The notes beneath the pieces were generated by a model. That model worked only from the letters and a program-made list of their open reading frames with translations, was not told the origin of the DNA and did no database searches. A stretch of DNA of 59,366 nt from a virus (Duplodnaviria; Caudoviricetes). Made by a program: the position numbers and the translations under genes. Each line of letters starts with the position of its first letter. Position 1 is the stretch's first letter. This document shows positions 26,904 through 37,067 of this stretch, piece by piece. The DNA lies in the IMG/VR virus record IMGVR_UViG_3300046779_001979, positions 1 through 59,366 of that record. One strand, given 5' to 3'.

Positions 26904-28571
26904 TTACTTGTATAATAGGTAGTTACCGATTAGTAAAAAATCCATATCAGTTTCTAAAAACATACTCACCGCATCTTTTGGTGTTAAAACCATTGTTTTA
27001 TCTTTTACATTCATCGATGTGTTTAATAAAATAGGATAACCGGTTTGTCTTTCAAATTCTTTTAATAAGGCATGTACGAATGTATTCTTATATACCGTTT
27101 GAATTCTGGCACTACCATCGATATGTGTAACTGCCGGTAGTTTTTCTTTATATTCAGATTTAACTTGTACCACCTGATTCATATATGGAACATCATCAGT
27201 AACGTGAAAATAGATGTGTTGTGATTCCTTAGTAACCATCGGACCAAATGGTCTAAAACCCTCTCTCTTTTTGATTACCTTGTTTATCTTATCTTTCATT
27301 TCAGGTCTTGTCGGGTCGGCTAATATACTTCTATTACCTAAAGCCCTTGCACCGAATTCGTTGTGTCCATGGTAAACTCCAATTACCTTACCTTCTTTTA
27401 ATAACTTCGCAACATTTCTAAATAAAGTATCTTCTGATTTAAATTTGAAGTATTTTCTACCTGTAATTGCATTTGTTATTTCATTATAATAAAATTCGGG
27501 TCCTAAGAATGGGTTCTTATTAACCCTATCCTTTAAACTTTTATTTTTTACCAAATAATGTAAACAAGCACCTATTGATGAACCCGCATCTGATGGTGCC
27601 GGTGGAATCCACAAATTATTAAATTGTGAGTTCTTAACTATCTTACCATTTAATGTACCATTATACGCACATCCACCTCCTAAACAAAGATTACGATTGT
27701 CGTTTATTATTGAGATTGATTTAACAATCTCAAAGAATAGTTCCTCGTATCTTTTTTGTATTGCGGCGGCTAAATCCATATGGAAAGGTTCTATTGATTC
27801 TTCAGGTAATCTTGGGTCAATCTCCAATATTTCAGAAAGTCCGTAATTGAACATTTCTTTTGTCGATTTGTCCCAAGTAAAAACATCCATATTACATTCC
27901 AACTTTGTATTTTTGTATGAAATTAACTTTCTAACCTTATCTATGTAAACATTAGGATTACCGTATGGTGCAAGACCCATAACCTTATATTCACCCTCAT
28001 TTGGTTTAAATCCTAAGAAAGATGTCATTGCAGAATAGAATAACCCTATCGAATGTGGGTAGGTTGCCAATGATATATAATCAATTCCAGTGTTATCTCC
28101 CAAACCCATCGATAGTGTATCTTTTTCACCAACACCATCTATTGATAGGATTAACGCATTTTCAAAATTCGATGTATAGAATGAATAATATTGGTGGGAT
28201 AAATGATGTTCTGAATAAAACACTTTATCACCATATTGTGATAAGTTTTTCTTTAAATCTCTATAGTTTTTTAAAACCTTAAATAAAGACTTAATTGAAT
28301 ATAATGGATTTTTAAAGAATTGTGGTTTAATGTTATCAATGACTCTACCTATCTTAAGTTTTGGGTCTTCATAATAACATACCATATCAACATCCTTCTT
28401 TGATATTTTATATTTTTTAAAAATATAATCTAAAGTTTTTGTTGGGAATGAACTATCGTGTTTTATACCTGAAAACTTTTCCTCTTCGCACGCAAAAATA
28501 AGTTGTCCGTTTCTAAATAAACAAGCGGATGAATCGTGATAATAAGCTGAAATTCCAATTACATATCCCAT
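26904..28571 (-). CDS. NodU/CmcH-family O-carbamoyltransferase
   Basis: GISAYYHDSSA, EHHLSH, IDGVGE, EYKVMGLAPYG, GGCAYN, EFGARALGNRSILADP, KKREGFRPF, LNTS.N. Confidence 0.95.
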   Translation of the reverse strand: MGYVIGISAYYHDSSACLFRNGQLIFACEEEKFSGIKHDSSFPTKTLDYIFKKYKISKKDVDMVCYYEDPKLKIGRVIDNIKPQFFKNPLYSIKSLFKVLKNYRDLKKNLSQYGDKVFYSEHHLSHQYYSFYTSNFENALILSIDGVGEKDTLSMGLGDNTGIDYISLATYPHSIGLFYSAMTSFLGFKPNEGEYKVMGLAPYGNPNVYIDKVRKLISYKNTKLECNMDVFTWDKSTKEMFNYGLSEILEIDPRLPEESIEPFHMDLAAAIQKRYEELFFEIVKSISIINDNRNLCLGGGCAYNGTLNGKIVKNSQFNNLWIPPAPSDAGSSIGACLHYLVKNKSLKDRVNKNPFLGPEFYYNEITNAITGRKYFKFKSEDTLFRNVAKLLKEGKVIGVYHGHNEFGARALGNRSILADPTRPEMKDKINKVIKKREGFRPFGPMVTKESQHIYFHVTDDVPYMNQVVQVKSEYKEKLPAVTHIDGSARIQTVYKNTFVHALLKEFERQTGYPILLNTSMNVKDKTMVLTPKDAVSMFLETDMDFLLIGNYLLYK

Positions 28572-28592
28572 TAGTAATAATTATACTAAAAA

Positions 28593-29825
28593 TCATTTAA
28601 AACTCTCCTCTAACCAAGGACACACATCCTTATAATTGGTATTGTTTATTTCATCAAATCTTCTCAATGTCTCTTCTAAAGAAATGTTCATATATTGTTT
28701 TTTGGACATTAAGTGGTTATAAACTTCCTCGTCGTTTGTTACTTTTAGGTAGTTAATAAAATCATTCAATAGTCTTGTTAATAGATGAATATTATCATAT
28801 TTTAACTCACTTAATCCTTTTTGATAGAAGTTAATTAACTCACTTTTAGTTTTCTCACTTAACGCTCCTGGTGCAAAATAGAATGGTTGAGTTACCGTGT
28901 GAAATCTGATATTATTCGGGTGAAGATACCTACTTCCAACATAATCAATAAATTCAAAAGAATGATACATATTGATTGTCGATATGGTGTAATCTATTTG
29001 AATTATAAAATTAGGGTGTTGATTTTTAAAGTCAACTAAGGTTTGTAAATTTTTGAAAAATCTTTCTGAATTAAATCCAGGTCTTTGGTATTCACCTATT
29101 TTACCATATCCATCACAAGAACACGAAATATTGATAAATTTAAACTTCTTTAATTTATCTAATATGTTAATTCCTTTATAGGTTAATGTTGATAAGTTAG
29201 TGTTTATTAACACAGTCACCTTACTTGCCTGTTCCTCACTAAATTTATCTAATAATTCAAAGGTTGATGGGGTGATAAATGGTTCTCCACCTGCTAAGTA
29301 TATTTTACGAATCGTATCGATATTCTCATCTGAAAATTTATCGATACCATTCTCACCAGCAGTAATAATTCTCGGATTTTCGTTTTGATATTCGGGTTTG
29401 TCCAATATGTAACCCCAATAATCATACCAACTGGATGATGAACCGTGATAACACATCCTACATCTAAAATTACAATGATTTGATAATCTCAAATCAGTAT
29501 AAACAATTTTATTTACTGTGTAATCATCGTTTACTAAATTAGGGTCTTGTGTTTCATGATAAAACTCCTGATTTATATTATTACGATGAACATTTTTGTA
29601 TATAAAACACTCCGCACATTCCGTTGGTTTTTTCCCATCTAGCATCTCCTTCCTAATCCTTTTATAAGGTTCGCTATTGATTACCTCATCCACAGAATTA
29701 AAGTCCTTAAAATTGATATTTTCTTTAAATGGATATGCAACACAACATGGGTGTAATGTTCCATCAGGAAACACATAAATCGACCCAAAGGGTAAATAAC
29801 AAAATGTTTCGGGGTTTATTTTCAC
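28593..29825 (-). CDS. Radical SAM protein with N-terminal SPASM/Twitch-like domain (subfamily B)
   Basis: FCYLPF, PCC, CAEC; CNFRCRMC; AGGEPF; NTN. Confidence 0.9.
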   Translation of the reverse strand: MKINPETFCYLPFGSIYVFPDGTLHPCCVAYPFKENINFKDFNSVDEVINSEPYKRIRKEMLDGKKPTECAECFIYKNVHRNNINQEFYHETQDPNLVNDDYTVNKIVYTDLRLSNHCNFRCRMCYHGSSSSWYDYWGYILDKPEYQNENPRIITAGENGIDKFSDENIDTIRKIYLAGGEPFITPSTFELLDKFSEEQASKVTVLINTNLSTLTYKGINILDKLKKFKFINISCSCDGYGKIGEYQRPGFNSERFFKNLQTLVDFKNQHPNFIIQIDYTISTINMYHSFEFIDYVGSRYLHPNNIRFHTVTQPFYFAPGALSEKTKSELINFYQKGLSELKYDNIHLLTRLLNDFINYLKVTNDEEVYNHLMSKKQYMNISLEETLRRFDEINNTNYKDVCPWLEESFK

Positions 29826-31114
29826 TATATTAAATTTGTAACTGTTTTTATTTCTTGTTTCGGGTTAAAATCTTGGAATTCTGTGAAGACACCAAAGAAG
29901 TCGTCTCCTCTATATGTGTCAACCACATCTGTCATTTTAAGGAAGTGTTGGAATTCTTCTTCTGAACGGTCTTGATTCATTAACCCAAGTATAAATTCAA
30001 ATTGTTCAATATCCTTTTGTGCTTCATTATCGTATGGATATGTTTCTCTAATCCAATCCATAATTTTAGCGTACTTTTCTCTTAAAATTACCTTATGGTT
30101 TTCAGGTAAATTACGAATCTGCATATGTGCCGGATGTGTTAATAAATTAACGTGCATATGTCCTGTTTTAATATAACCGGCAGTTACAAATTCTTTATAT
30201 AAGTCGATAATCGTGTAACTATTCATTATGTTAATAGTCGGTACAATTGCAAAGTAGATGTCAGGTAATTCTCTTAAAATATCAATTCTGTTTTGTACAA
30301 CCTGTGTCCATTTAGAACCGTTTCTTAAGTACTCACCTCTTTGTCCATAACCATCGATACTTGCAGTCACCTCAATTCTCTTAAAGTGTTTCCACATCTC
30401 AACAAGGTTATAGTTTTTGTATTGAATCTTGGTTAAATTTGTTGTAATCCATATTGAAATATTTTTAGCATATCCTTTATCAATACAGTATTGTAAAATT
30501 TCATAGTGTTTATCTTGTGTAAGTGGTTCACCTCCGGCAAAGAATAACACATCTACATTATGTAACTGACTCAATATGAATTCATAGTCATCACTATCAA
30601 CAGATTGACTATATGGTTGACCTAAGTCTTTGAAGTTTGTAAATCCTAACTCCTTATATTCCTTATACAAAGATGAAGAATAACTCGGATTACAGATACG
30701 ACATTTCAAGTTACATTTGTTATCAAAACGTAAGTCAATCATTTTGAAGTTAACCTCTTTTAATGAAAAGTCGTCATTTGTATTTGCAACAATGTCGTCA
30801 ATATATTTCATGAAATGGTTATTCAAATTGTATCGGTAACTATCGGTGATACTTTTACCTTTCGACACCTCTTCTCTAAACCAACAAATTTGACAAGCGT
30901 CTATCTTCTCACCGTTCCATAATGCCTTTCTAACACTCTTTGCGGTTTCTGAATTATAGGCATCTTTGATGGGTATACCTTGTTTTAATTGTCCAAATAC
31001 TTGGTCGTCTTCTTGTTTGTATAAACAACAAGGGATTATGTTACCAAATGTACTTAAATGTGTGGACACCCATGGTGCCACACAAAAGGTTTCTTCATTA
31101 AAATTCTTATCCAT
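29825..31114 (-). CDS. Radical SAM protein with N-terminal SPASM/Twitch-like domain (subfamily B)
   Basis: FCVAPW, PCC, CQICW; CNLKCRIC; AGGEPL; SIDG. Confidence 0.9.
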   Translation of the reverse strand: MDKNFNEETFCVAPWVSTHLSTFGNIIPCCLYKQEDDQVFGQLKQGIPIKDAYNSETAKSVRKALWNGEKIDACQICWFREEVSKGKSITDSYRYNLNNHFMKYIDDIVANTNDDFSLKEVNFKMIDLRFDNKCNLKCRICNPSYSSSLYKEYKELGFTNFKDLGQPYSQSVDSDDYEFILSQLHNVDVLFFAGGEPLTQDKHYEILQYCIDKGYAKNISIWITTNLTKIQYKNYNLVEMWKHFKRIEVTASIDGYGQRGEYLRNGSKWTQVVQNRIDILRELPDIYFAIVPTINIMNSYTIIDLYKEFVTAGYIKTGHMHVNLLTHPAHMQIRNLPENHKVILREKYAKIMDWIRETYPYDNEAQKDIEQFEFILGLMNQDRSEEEFQHFLKMTDVVDTYRGDDFFGVFTEFQDFNPKQEIKTVTNLI

Positions 31115-32597
31115 TTAAATCGTTTTGACTTTGTGAATTATTTTGTCTCGCTAAGTTACGTTTCATAATATCTGGTTTGTATTCACCAGTTTCCCAACCT
31201 TCCATACCACCACCCGATAATTTAACATCAGGAATGTATTCGTCCACTTGAATTGAATCATACCATTCAACTAACATTGGGAAAGTATCTCTGAAACTCT
31301 TACCTCTTCTTTTATCATATTGTTCGTAGAAACTTTTGAAGTCGTGGAAGTGTTTATCCTTATCGAATTCCGCTCTTGCGTGTCCTTGGTCTACAACATC
31401 AATATAATCGATTACTCTTTGTGTTTGTGTAATCTCGTGTTCTAACAACAAACCTGAATCTCTATGCTTGTCTAACCAAACTTGAATTTTATCTTTAGCT
31501 TCCATTTTAATATGGTCAGGTAAGTTAAGCGGTGACATAAATCCTGGCCATCTTAAGAAATTTAAATCTAATGTTGGTTTGTTAGGACCGTATTTCTTTT
31601 TCAATTCTAACATATCATCCATAAATTCTGTGATTGACATTAAAGATAAACCTGTAACTGTCATCATGATAACAATCTGTCTGATATTTGCTTCCTCAAT
31701 CATTCTAATCACATTATTTCTCCATCTTGGATAAACTAAACCATCTCTTAGATATTCAGCATGTGCACCGAATGATTCGTTACTTGTATAGATGTCAAAT
31801 GATTCAATATCTAATGTATTTGTGGTATCAATCAACTTATCAATCAATTCATCTTTAACACCTAAGTTAGAGTTAATGGATAAATTTAATTTAGGATAAG
31901 GTTGTCCTTTAATTTGGTCTAAGAATCTCCAAAAGTTATGACTTGTAGATGGTTCTCCACCGGTGATTCTTAATGTTTGTAAGTCTTTAGATAAATCGGG
32001 CCACCATTTTAAAAACGCCTCAACATATGGATTCTCACCAATGAATTTAGTTTCAGGGTCAGCCCAAGAACCGTTTTGTTGGTAGGCACCTGCTGTAAGT
32101 GTTTTAAACTTTTGATATGGTCCGTGTTTATCAATATCTCTACCCCATGTTGTTGAATAACTTGGGTTACAATATGAACAAGCGAAATTACAACTTCTAT
32201 CAAACGATAATTCAACTGTACGTAAATTAACATTAGCATCCCAAGGTGTATCTTTCAACACATCGATATCTTCATGTTTATATTCCATACTTCTATAAAC
32301 TCTATCGGATATATTATTTCTTCCGATATCCTCCACCTTCCAACAGTATGAACATTCGGCAGGTCTTGTACCTTCCAACATCATCTTTCTCATCTTTTTC
32401 TTATGAGATGTGTTGTGTAATGCCGATGGGTTTGTTTTTATCTCATCCACATCAATAGGGTGTGGTAAAGGTAAGAAACAAGAACGACTATAACCACTAC
32501 CTAAATCGATAGTTGCGTTATACCACTTTGCGGGACAAAAACTACAGCTTACTGAGTTTAATTTCTCTTCTTTAAATTTTAATAATCTTTCTGACAT
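31107..32597 (-). CDS. Radical SAM protein with N-terminal Twitch-like domain (subfamily B variant)
   Basis: FCPAKW, SCF, CSYCW; CNFACSYC; TGGEP. Confidence 0.9.
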   Translation of the reverse strand: MSERLLKFKEEKLNSVSCSFCPAKWYNATIDLGSGYSRSCFLPLPHPIDVDEIKTNPSALHNTSHKKKMRKMMLEGTRPAECSYCWKVEDIGRNNISDRVYRSMEYKHEDIDVLKDTPWDANVNLRTVELSFDRSCNFACSYCNPSYSTTWGRDIDKHGPYQKFKTLTAGAYQQNGSWADPETKFIGENPYVEAFLKWWPDLSKDLQTLRITGGEPSTSHNFWRFLDQIKGQPYPKLNLSINSNLGVKDELIDKLIDTTNTLDIESFDIYTSNESFGAHAEYLRDGLVYPRWRNNVIRMIEEANIRQIVIMMTVTGLSLMSITEFMDDMLELKKKYGPNKPTLDLNFLRWPGFMSPLNLPDHIKMEAKDKIQVWLDKHRDSGLLLEHEITQTQRVIDYIDVVDQGHARAEFDKDKHFHDFKSFYEQYDKRRGKSFRDTFPMLVEWYDSIQVDEYIPDVKLSGGGMEGWETGEYKPDIMKRNLARQNNSQSQNDLNG

Positions 32598-32598
32598 G

Positions 32599-33849
32599 TT
32601 ATACTATGCTTTTAGGTATGTTATATATTTTTGCTAATTCTGGAAATGTTACATGAAACTTTTCGTTTCGTAACTCATCCAATTCTTTTGTTTGTCTTTT
32701 AAATTCTAACCAATCTTGAGTCTCCCCCTTTGTTGGTAATTTCAACATGTTAATTACTTTTTCCGCTTGGTAAAGTAGACCCATTCTAAACTCAAGTTCT
32801 TCTTTTATAGTTGGGTCATTTAGATATTCTTTCTTTCTTCTTTCAAGTTCCGGTTCTAATATTGCCAATATTTTTGGTTTATACTCATCCGGCATATATC
32901 CAATGTGTAGATGTCTTGGGTTGTGTACAAATGCAATCATCAATTTAATATTTGATTCGATTGCAAAATCCACAATTTCAAAAACATATAACACATTCAA
33001 CATTGAAATTGTTGAACATATTTCAAAAATAACTTCGGTTCCACAATCTTTTAATTTGTCCTGATAGTTTTTAATGTTGTTTTTAACAACTTCCCAATTG
33101 GCATAGTATCTTAAAAATTCAAATCTGCTTCCAACCCCATCTAAACTAAAACCAATTCTAATTTGTTGAAAGTTTTTCATCAAATCAACATACTTGTCGT
33201 TTATGATTGTTCCATTAGTATTGAAACTCATTTGTTGTCTTTGTGCGTAACCATTTTCAACACATTCTTGGATAATTTCCCATTGTTTTTTCATTAACAT
33301 TGGTTCACCTCCATAAATGTCAACTGTTCTTACCGTTGGTAAAACTCTTCTCAATTCTTCCCACACTAAACTATCGTCAGTAAATGCTCTTGAATATTTT
33401 ATAACATAATCGTCCAATTCTTTTTCGGTAATATGTGGTTCCAATACCTTATGGAAGTTTCTCCATTTTGATGATGCAGAGATATGACAGATTCTACATG
33501 AAAGGTTACATGTATTTCCTAAATTCAATTCTAAAAAGAATAAATCGTTTTGGTCTCTTTCGGGAAACGCATTGAACGTATCGTTATCTCTTTGTCTTTT
33601 ACTAACAAATCCTGCATCTTCAGCATCCCAACAAACTTTACATGCTGGGTGTCTAACATCATTTGCAAAATCTGTCAACATTTCTTTTCTTGTTGCACTA
33701 TTCAATGCGTCGTCGATAGTATCTTTACTAGCAACTAACATTTCACCATTCTCATTTCTAAATGGATGATTGAATGTGTGACAACAAGCAAAGTATGTTC
33801 CCGCGGTTGCAATTCTAAGACCGTTTGTTAAGTTTTTACACTCTATCAT
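32599..33849 (-). CDS. Radical SAM protein with N-terminal SPASM/Twitch-like domain (subfamily B)
   Basis: ACCH, CKVCW; CNLSCRIC; YGGEPM; NTNGT; SLDG. Confidence 0.9.
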   Translation of the reverse strand: MIECKNLTNGLRIATAGTYFACCHTFNHPFRNENGEMLVASKDTIDDALNSATRKEMLTDFANDVRHPACKVCWDAEDAGFVSKRQRDNDTFNAFPERDQNDLFFLELNLGNTCNLSCRICHISASSKWRNFHKVLEPHITEKELDDYVIKYSRAFTDDSLVWEELRRVLPTVRTVDIYGGEPMLMKKQWEIIQECVENGYAQRQQMSFNTNGTIINDKYVDLMKNFQQIRIGFSLDGVGSRFEFLRYYANWEVVKNNIKNYQDKLKDCGTEVIFEICSTISMLNVLYVFEIVDFAIESNIKLMIAFVHNPRHLHIGYMPDEYKPKILAILEPELERRKKEYLNDPTIKEELEFRMGLLYQAEKVINMLKLPTKGETQDWLEFKRQTKELDELRNEKFHVTFPELAKIYNIPKSIV

Positions 33850-34862
33850 ATAATTGTTAAATTATGTCTAATGTTATTTGATTTTGGTAGGCTATTGTAA
33901 ATCTCCACCATATCCTTGTACTCAGGGTGTTGTGGATTACCAACGTCTTTTATTTTAAAAACAGACTCACTAAATGTACCCCAATTTACAATTCGATTAA
34001 AAAATACCATCCAATTTATTGGTGTGTCATCGAATATTTCTTCTGACATCTTATAGAACATTTCCATCTCCTTATAATTCGAATCTTGAACTACGAATGA
34101 CATTGTCAAATATTCTAAACTTGGTATTGTTGCAATGTATCTTAAATTAGTTTGAATGTCTTCCCATTTACCACCTAATCTAACTTTCTCATATGTTTCT
34201 TTTGTTGCCGCATCCACAGATATTTCAGCAGATTTTACAAACTTAGATATTCTACCCATACGAGTCCAATTGGATTCATTCCAAAGTGTTCCATTTGTAT
34301 GTAAATGAATACTTTTTAAATTTGGATATAAACTCGGGTCGAAATCCATCATCCATTTTCTAAATGTTCTTGAGAAGAATGGGTCGCCAGAACCGGTACA
34401 TTCGATATGTTCTAAATTCTCAGCTAAATGTGTTTCAATGTTTTCTAATATAAGTTCAGTTCTATCTCTTTGTTCTCCTTCATAGTTTATTTTATCAACT
34501 CTACAAGTTGGACATTGTAAGTTACAACTTTGGTCGAAATTAAACTTAACACTTTTAGGAACAGGATAGTCGTATTGTTCTTTTATTTTTAAGAACTCTT
34601 CCTTTGGCATAAATCCTTCACTCTTACCCTCTTTTAATCCAGTAAGTTTAGGACATCTCGCCTCGATACAGTATTTGTAACTTCCGTCCAACATACTTTC
34701 TCTAATTTGATTTGCCAATGGTGAATTCCAAATATCCGCAATGTTATTTGGGTCACCTAAATTAACTGGTAACCAATTCGGACAACACATATAAGTTTTA
34801 TAGTCGAAAAATTCGGTAAACTCAAATGGTTGTAAACAAACAAAATCTTTTTTATTTAACAT
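33846..34862 (-). CDS. Radical SAM protein with N-terminal SPASM/Twitch-like domain (subfamily A)
   Basis: CLQPF, CCPNWL, GSYKYC...CP; CNLQCPTC; GSGDPF; HTNG; SVDAAT. Confidence 0.9.
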   Translation of the reverse strand: MLNKKDFVCLQPFEFTEFFDYKTYMCCPNWLPVNLGDPNNIADIWNSPLANQIRESMLDGSYKYCIEARCPKLTGLKEGKSEGFMPKEEFLKIKEQYDYPVPKSVKFNFDQSCNLQCPTCRVDKINYEGEQRDRTELILENIETHLAENLEHIECTGSGDPFFSRTFRKWMMDFDPSLYPNLKSIHLHTNGTLWNESNWTRMGRISKFVKSAEISVDAATKETYEKVRLGGKWEDIQTNLRYIATIPSLEYLTMSFVVQDSNYKEMEMFYKMSEEIFDDTPINWMVFFNRIVNWGTFSESVFKIKDVGNPQHPEYKDMVEIYNSLPKSNNIRHNLTII

Positions 34863-36226
34863 TAGTAAACGTTTTTCTTATCGTCAATAGTTTTAGGTAC
34901 TTCAAATTGTTGTTCAGGTAAACTTCTATCTCTAAAGAACGATTCTTCTGTTTCGTAATTTTTAATAGTTGCTCTGATTTCTTTAAACCAATCTTTATAT
35001 TGTGGATTGATATCTAAGAAACTTTCATTTCTTCTAACATCCAAAATTGTAGTTACTCTGACCAATTCTCTTCTACTAATTTGAAGTTGTAATAAATCAA
35101 CATTGAAATCGGAATAAAGGAAATTAACCCATGCAGTAATTGCATTGTTAATTGCATTTTTGTATGGTCCGTTTGGTAAGTTGTCACCATATTTTTCTAA
35201 CTTTCTCATCAACTCTTCTTTTAAATCTTCAGGAAGAATTCTAATGTCATAACATTGTGGGTCAGTTAAAAAGTTATTAAAAACAATGTACTCAGGTTTA
35301 ATACCTAAATTAACAATCGTATCGAATAAATCGGTAACATGGAATACGTTAATAATACTAACGGTTGGTGACACGAATACCTCAACACCACTACTTAATG
35401 CAGTTTTAATGTTGTTGTGTACGTCATTCCATTTTGTACCATTACGAGCCAACTCGGCAACTGGACCCACAGCGTCTAATGATGCAAATAATTGCACTTT
35501 ACCTTTTGGATTATCGATAAATGGTTTCCACAATTTTTGTAAGTCCCATTTCTTAAATTGAATATGGCTGAAGTTTGTGTTATATCTTAATAAAACATCT
35601 GTTCTACCTGCAGCGATTAACTTCTCTAATATGATATAGTGTTCATCCATAATAAGAGGTTCACCACCGGCAAAATAAATCTCCTCAACATCGTAGATAA
35701 ACTTATCAACATAAGTCATAATGTCTTCTTTAGATTCACTTCTAAAGTTCATCAAACCATTGAATGATTTACCGTGTAATGCCATCTCATCGTCAACCCA
35801 TTTACTACTCGCAAATGTTCCACACATTCTACATTTGAAGTTACAGATGTTTGAAAATCTAAAATCCCAATACTTTAATGTGAATGTGTTACTATGTCCA
35901 GTTTCAGGGTCTGTTTGATTAACTAAACTATCAACATCTTTTCTAAATTTATCAGTAAGATTAACTCTCGGACTAACCGCACCATTATCTTCCATCATAT
36001 AACATCTGTTACAAAGCATCGGTCTTTCACCTTTTAACATCTTTTTACGAATGTTCTTCATAACAAATCCATTCCACACTTCTTCCAAAGTATCATCTTT
36101 AGTGTTACCAATTGGCATATCGTGTGGAGTCATGCAACATGGTTGTATATTACCATTTGGTTGAATCATTAAATGGTTCCAAGGTAAAATACAAAACGTA
36201 TCACTTACTGGTGTTTTCTTGTTCAT
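34862..36226 (-). CDS. Radical SAM protein with N-terminal SPASM/Twitch-like domain (subfamily B)
   Basis: FCILPW, PCC, CNRCY; CNFKCRMC; AGGEPL; NTN. Confidence 0.9.
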   Translation of the reverse strand: MNKKTPVSDTFCILPWNHLMIQPNGNIQPCCMTPHDMPIGNTKDDTLEEVWNGFVMKNIRKKMLKGERPMLCNRCYMMEDNGAVSPRVNLTDKFRKDVDSLVNQTDPETGHSNTFTLKYWDFRFSNICNFKCRMCGTFASSKWVDDEMALHGKSFNGLMNFRSESKEDIMTYVDKFIYDVEEIYFAGGEPLIMDEHYIILEKLIAAGRTDVLLRYNTNFSHIQFKKWDLQKLWKPFIDNPKGKVQLFASLDAVGPVAELARNGTKWNDVHNNIKTALSSGVEVFVSPTVSIINVFHVTDLFDTIVNLGIKPEYIVFNNFLTDPQCYDIRILPEDLKEELMRKLEKYGDNLPNGPYKNAINNAITAWVNFLYSDFNVDLLQLQISRRELVRVTTILDVRRNESFLDINPQYKDWFKEIRATIKNYETEESFFRDRSLPEQQFEVPKTIDDKKNVY

Positions 36227-36227
36227 A

Positions 36228-37067
36228 TTAGATTAGTACTATTTTATCTCTTAAAATACTCCACTTCGAGTAATCATTAAAGTCAATATACGAAAAATTA
36301 TCCAATTTTTCAAACATGTACTCAGGATTTTTTAAATCAACCACCCAATTACTTGCCGCTAAGTTATCATATAATTTTTCATATTCCCAAAACCAACTAT
36401 ATTCTATTCTTGTATCCGCAACCTCTTTAATTCTTACATTACACGTTGAGTCCCATTTAAAATGGTGTACTTGTGTAAAAACAATATCAATCGGCATACG
36501 TTTTCTGTGCCATCTACCCCAACTATTTTTATTATAACCAAAATCCGCGTAATGTTGTCCTGACGTAATATCTTGAGAACCAAGCATTAACGTTACTTTA
36601 TTTGGACATGCGTTTGACATTGGGTATCTAAAAAATCCCGCATATGGGAATAACTTGTGGATATTACTATCTCTTTCAACAACAGGAAATGTTCCATCAT
36701 CACCTAATCTATCTAAAAAACCACCAGTTACAAATGTAAATTTATTTTCTTCACATTCTTTGATAATGTCTCTAATATCATACGGATATACTTGGAGTTC
36801 ATCATCATCAGAAACTATCCACCATTCGTTAGGTTTGGTACGTTTAATCTCATTGTACATTTCCGTTACCTTGTTCCAATTATATTTTGGTTCGGTAACG
36901 ACTAAAAATGGTTCAATACCTAATTCCCTTACCTCTTCTAAAATACCATCACCTTCGTGTTGTCTATACACACCGACATATACTTTATCCACAATACCTT
37001 CATAGTGTTTTAACATATGTGGTAATATGTGTGTGTTTCTTCCTACAACTGTAACTAAATTAAGCAT
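36228..37067 (-). CDS. Putative GT2-like glycosyltransferase
   Basis: MLKHY, WWIVSDDDE, GGFLDR, GQH, VHHFKW. Confidence 0.62.
   Translation of the reverse strand: MLNLVTVVGRNTHILPHMLKHYEGIVDKVYVGVYRQHEGDGILEEVRELGIEPFLVVTEPKYNWNKVTEMYNEIKRTKPNEWWIVSDDDELQVYPYDIRDIIKECEENKFTFVTGGFLDRLGDDGTFPVVERDSNIHKLFPYAGFFRYPMSNACPNKVTLMLGSQDITSGQHYADFGYNKNSWGRWHRKRMPIDIVFTQVHHFKWDSTCNVRIKEVADTRIEYSWFWEYEKLYDNLAASNWVVDLKNPEYMFEKLDNFSYIDFNDYSKWSILRDKIVLI

Noticed and set aside
26798-27034. Plus-strand 78-aa ORF and other short antisense ORFs throughout the track
   Set aside because: They overlap well-supported genes on the opposite strand and show no recognisable motifs.
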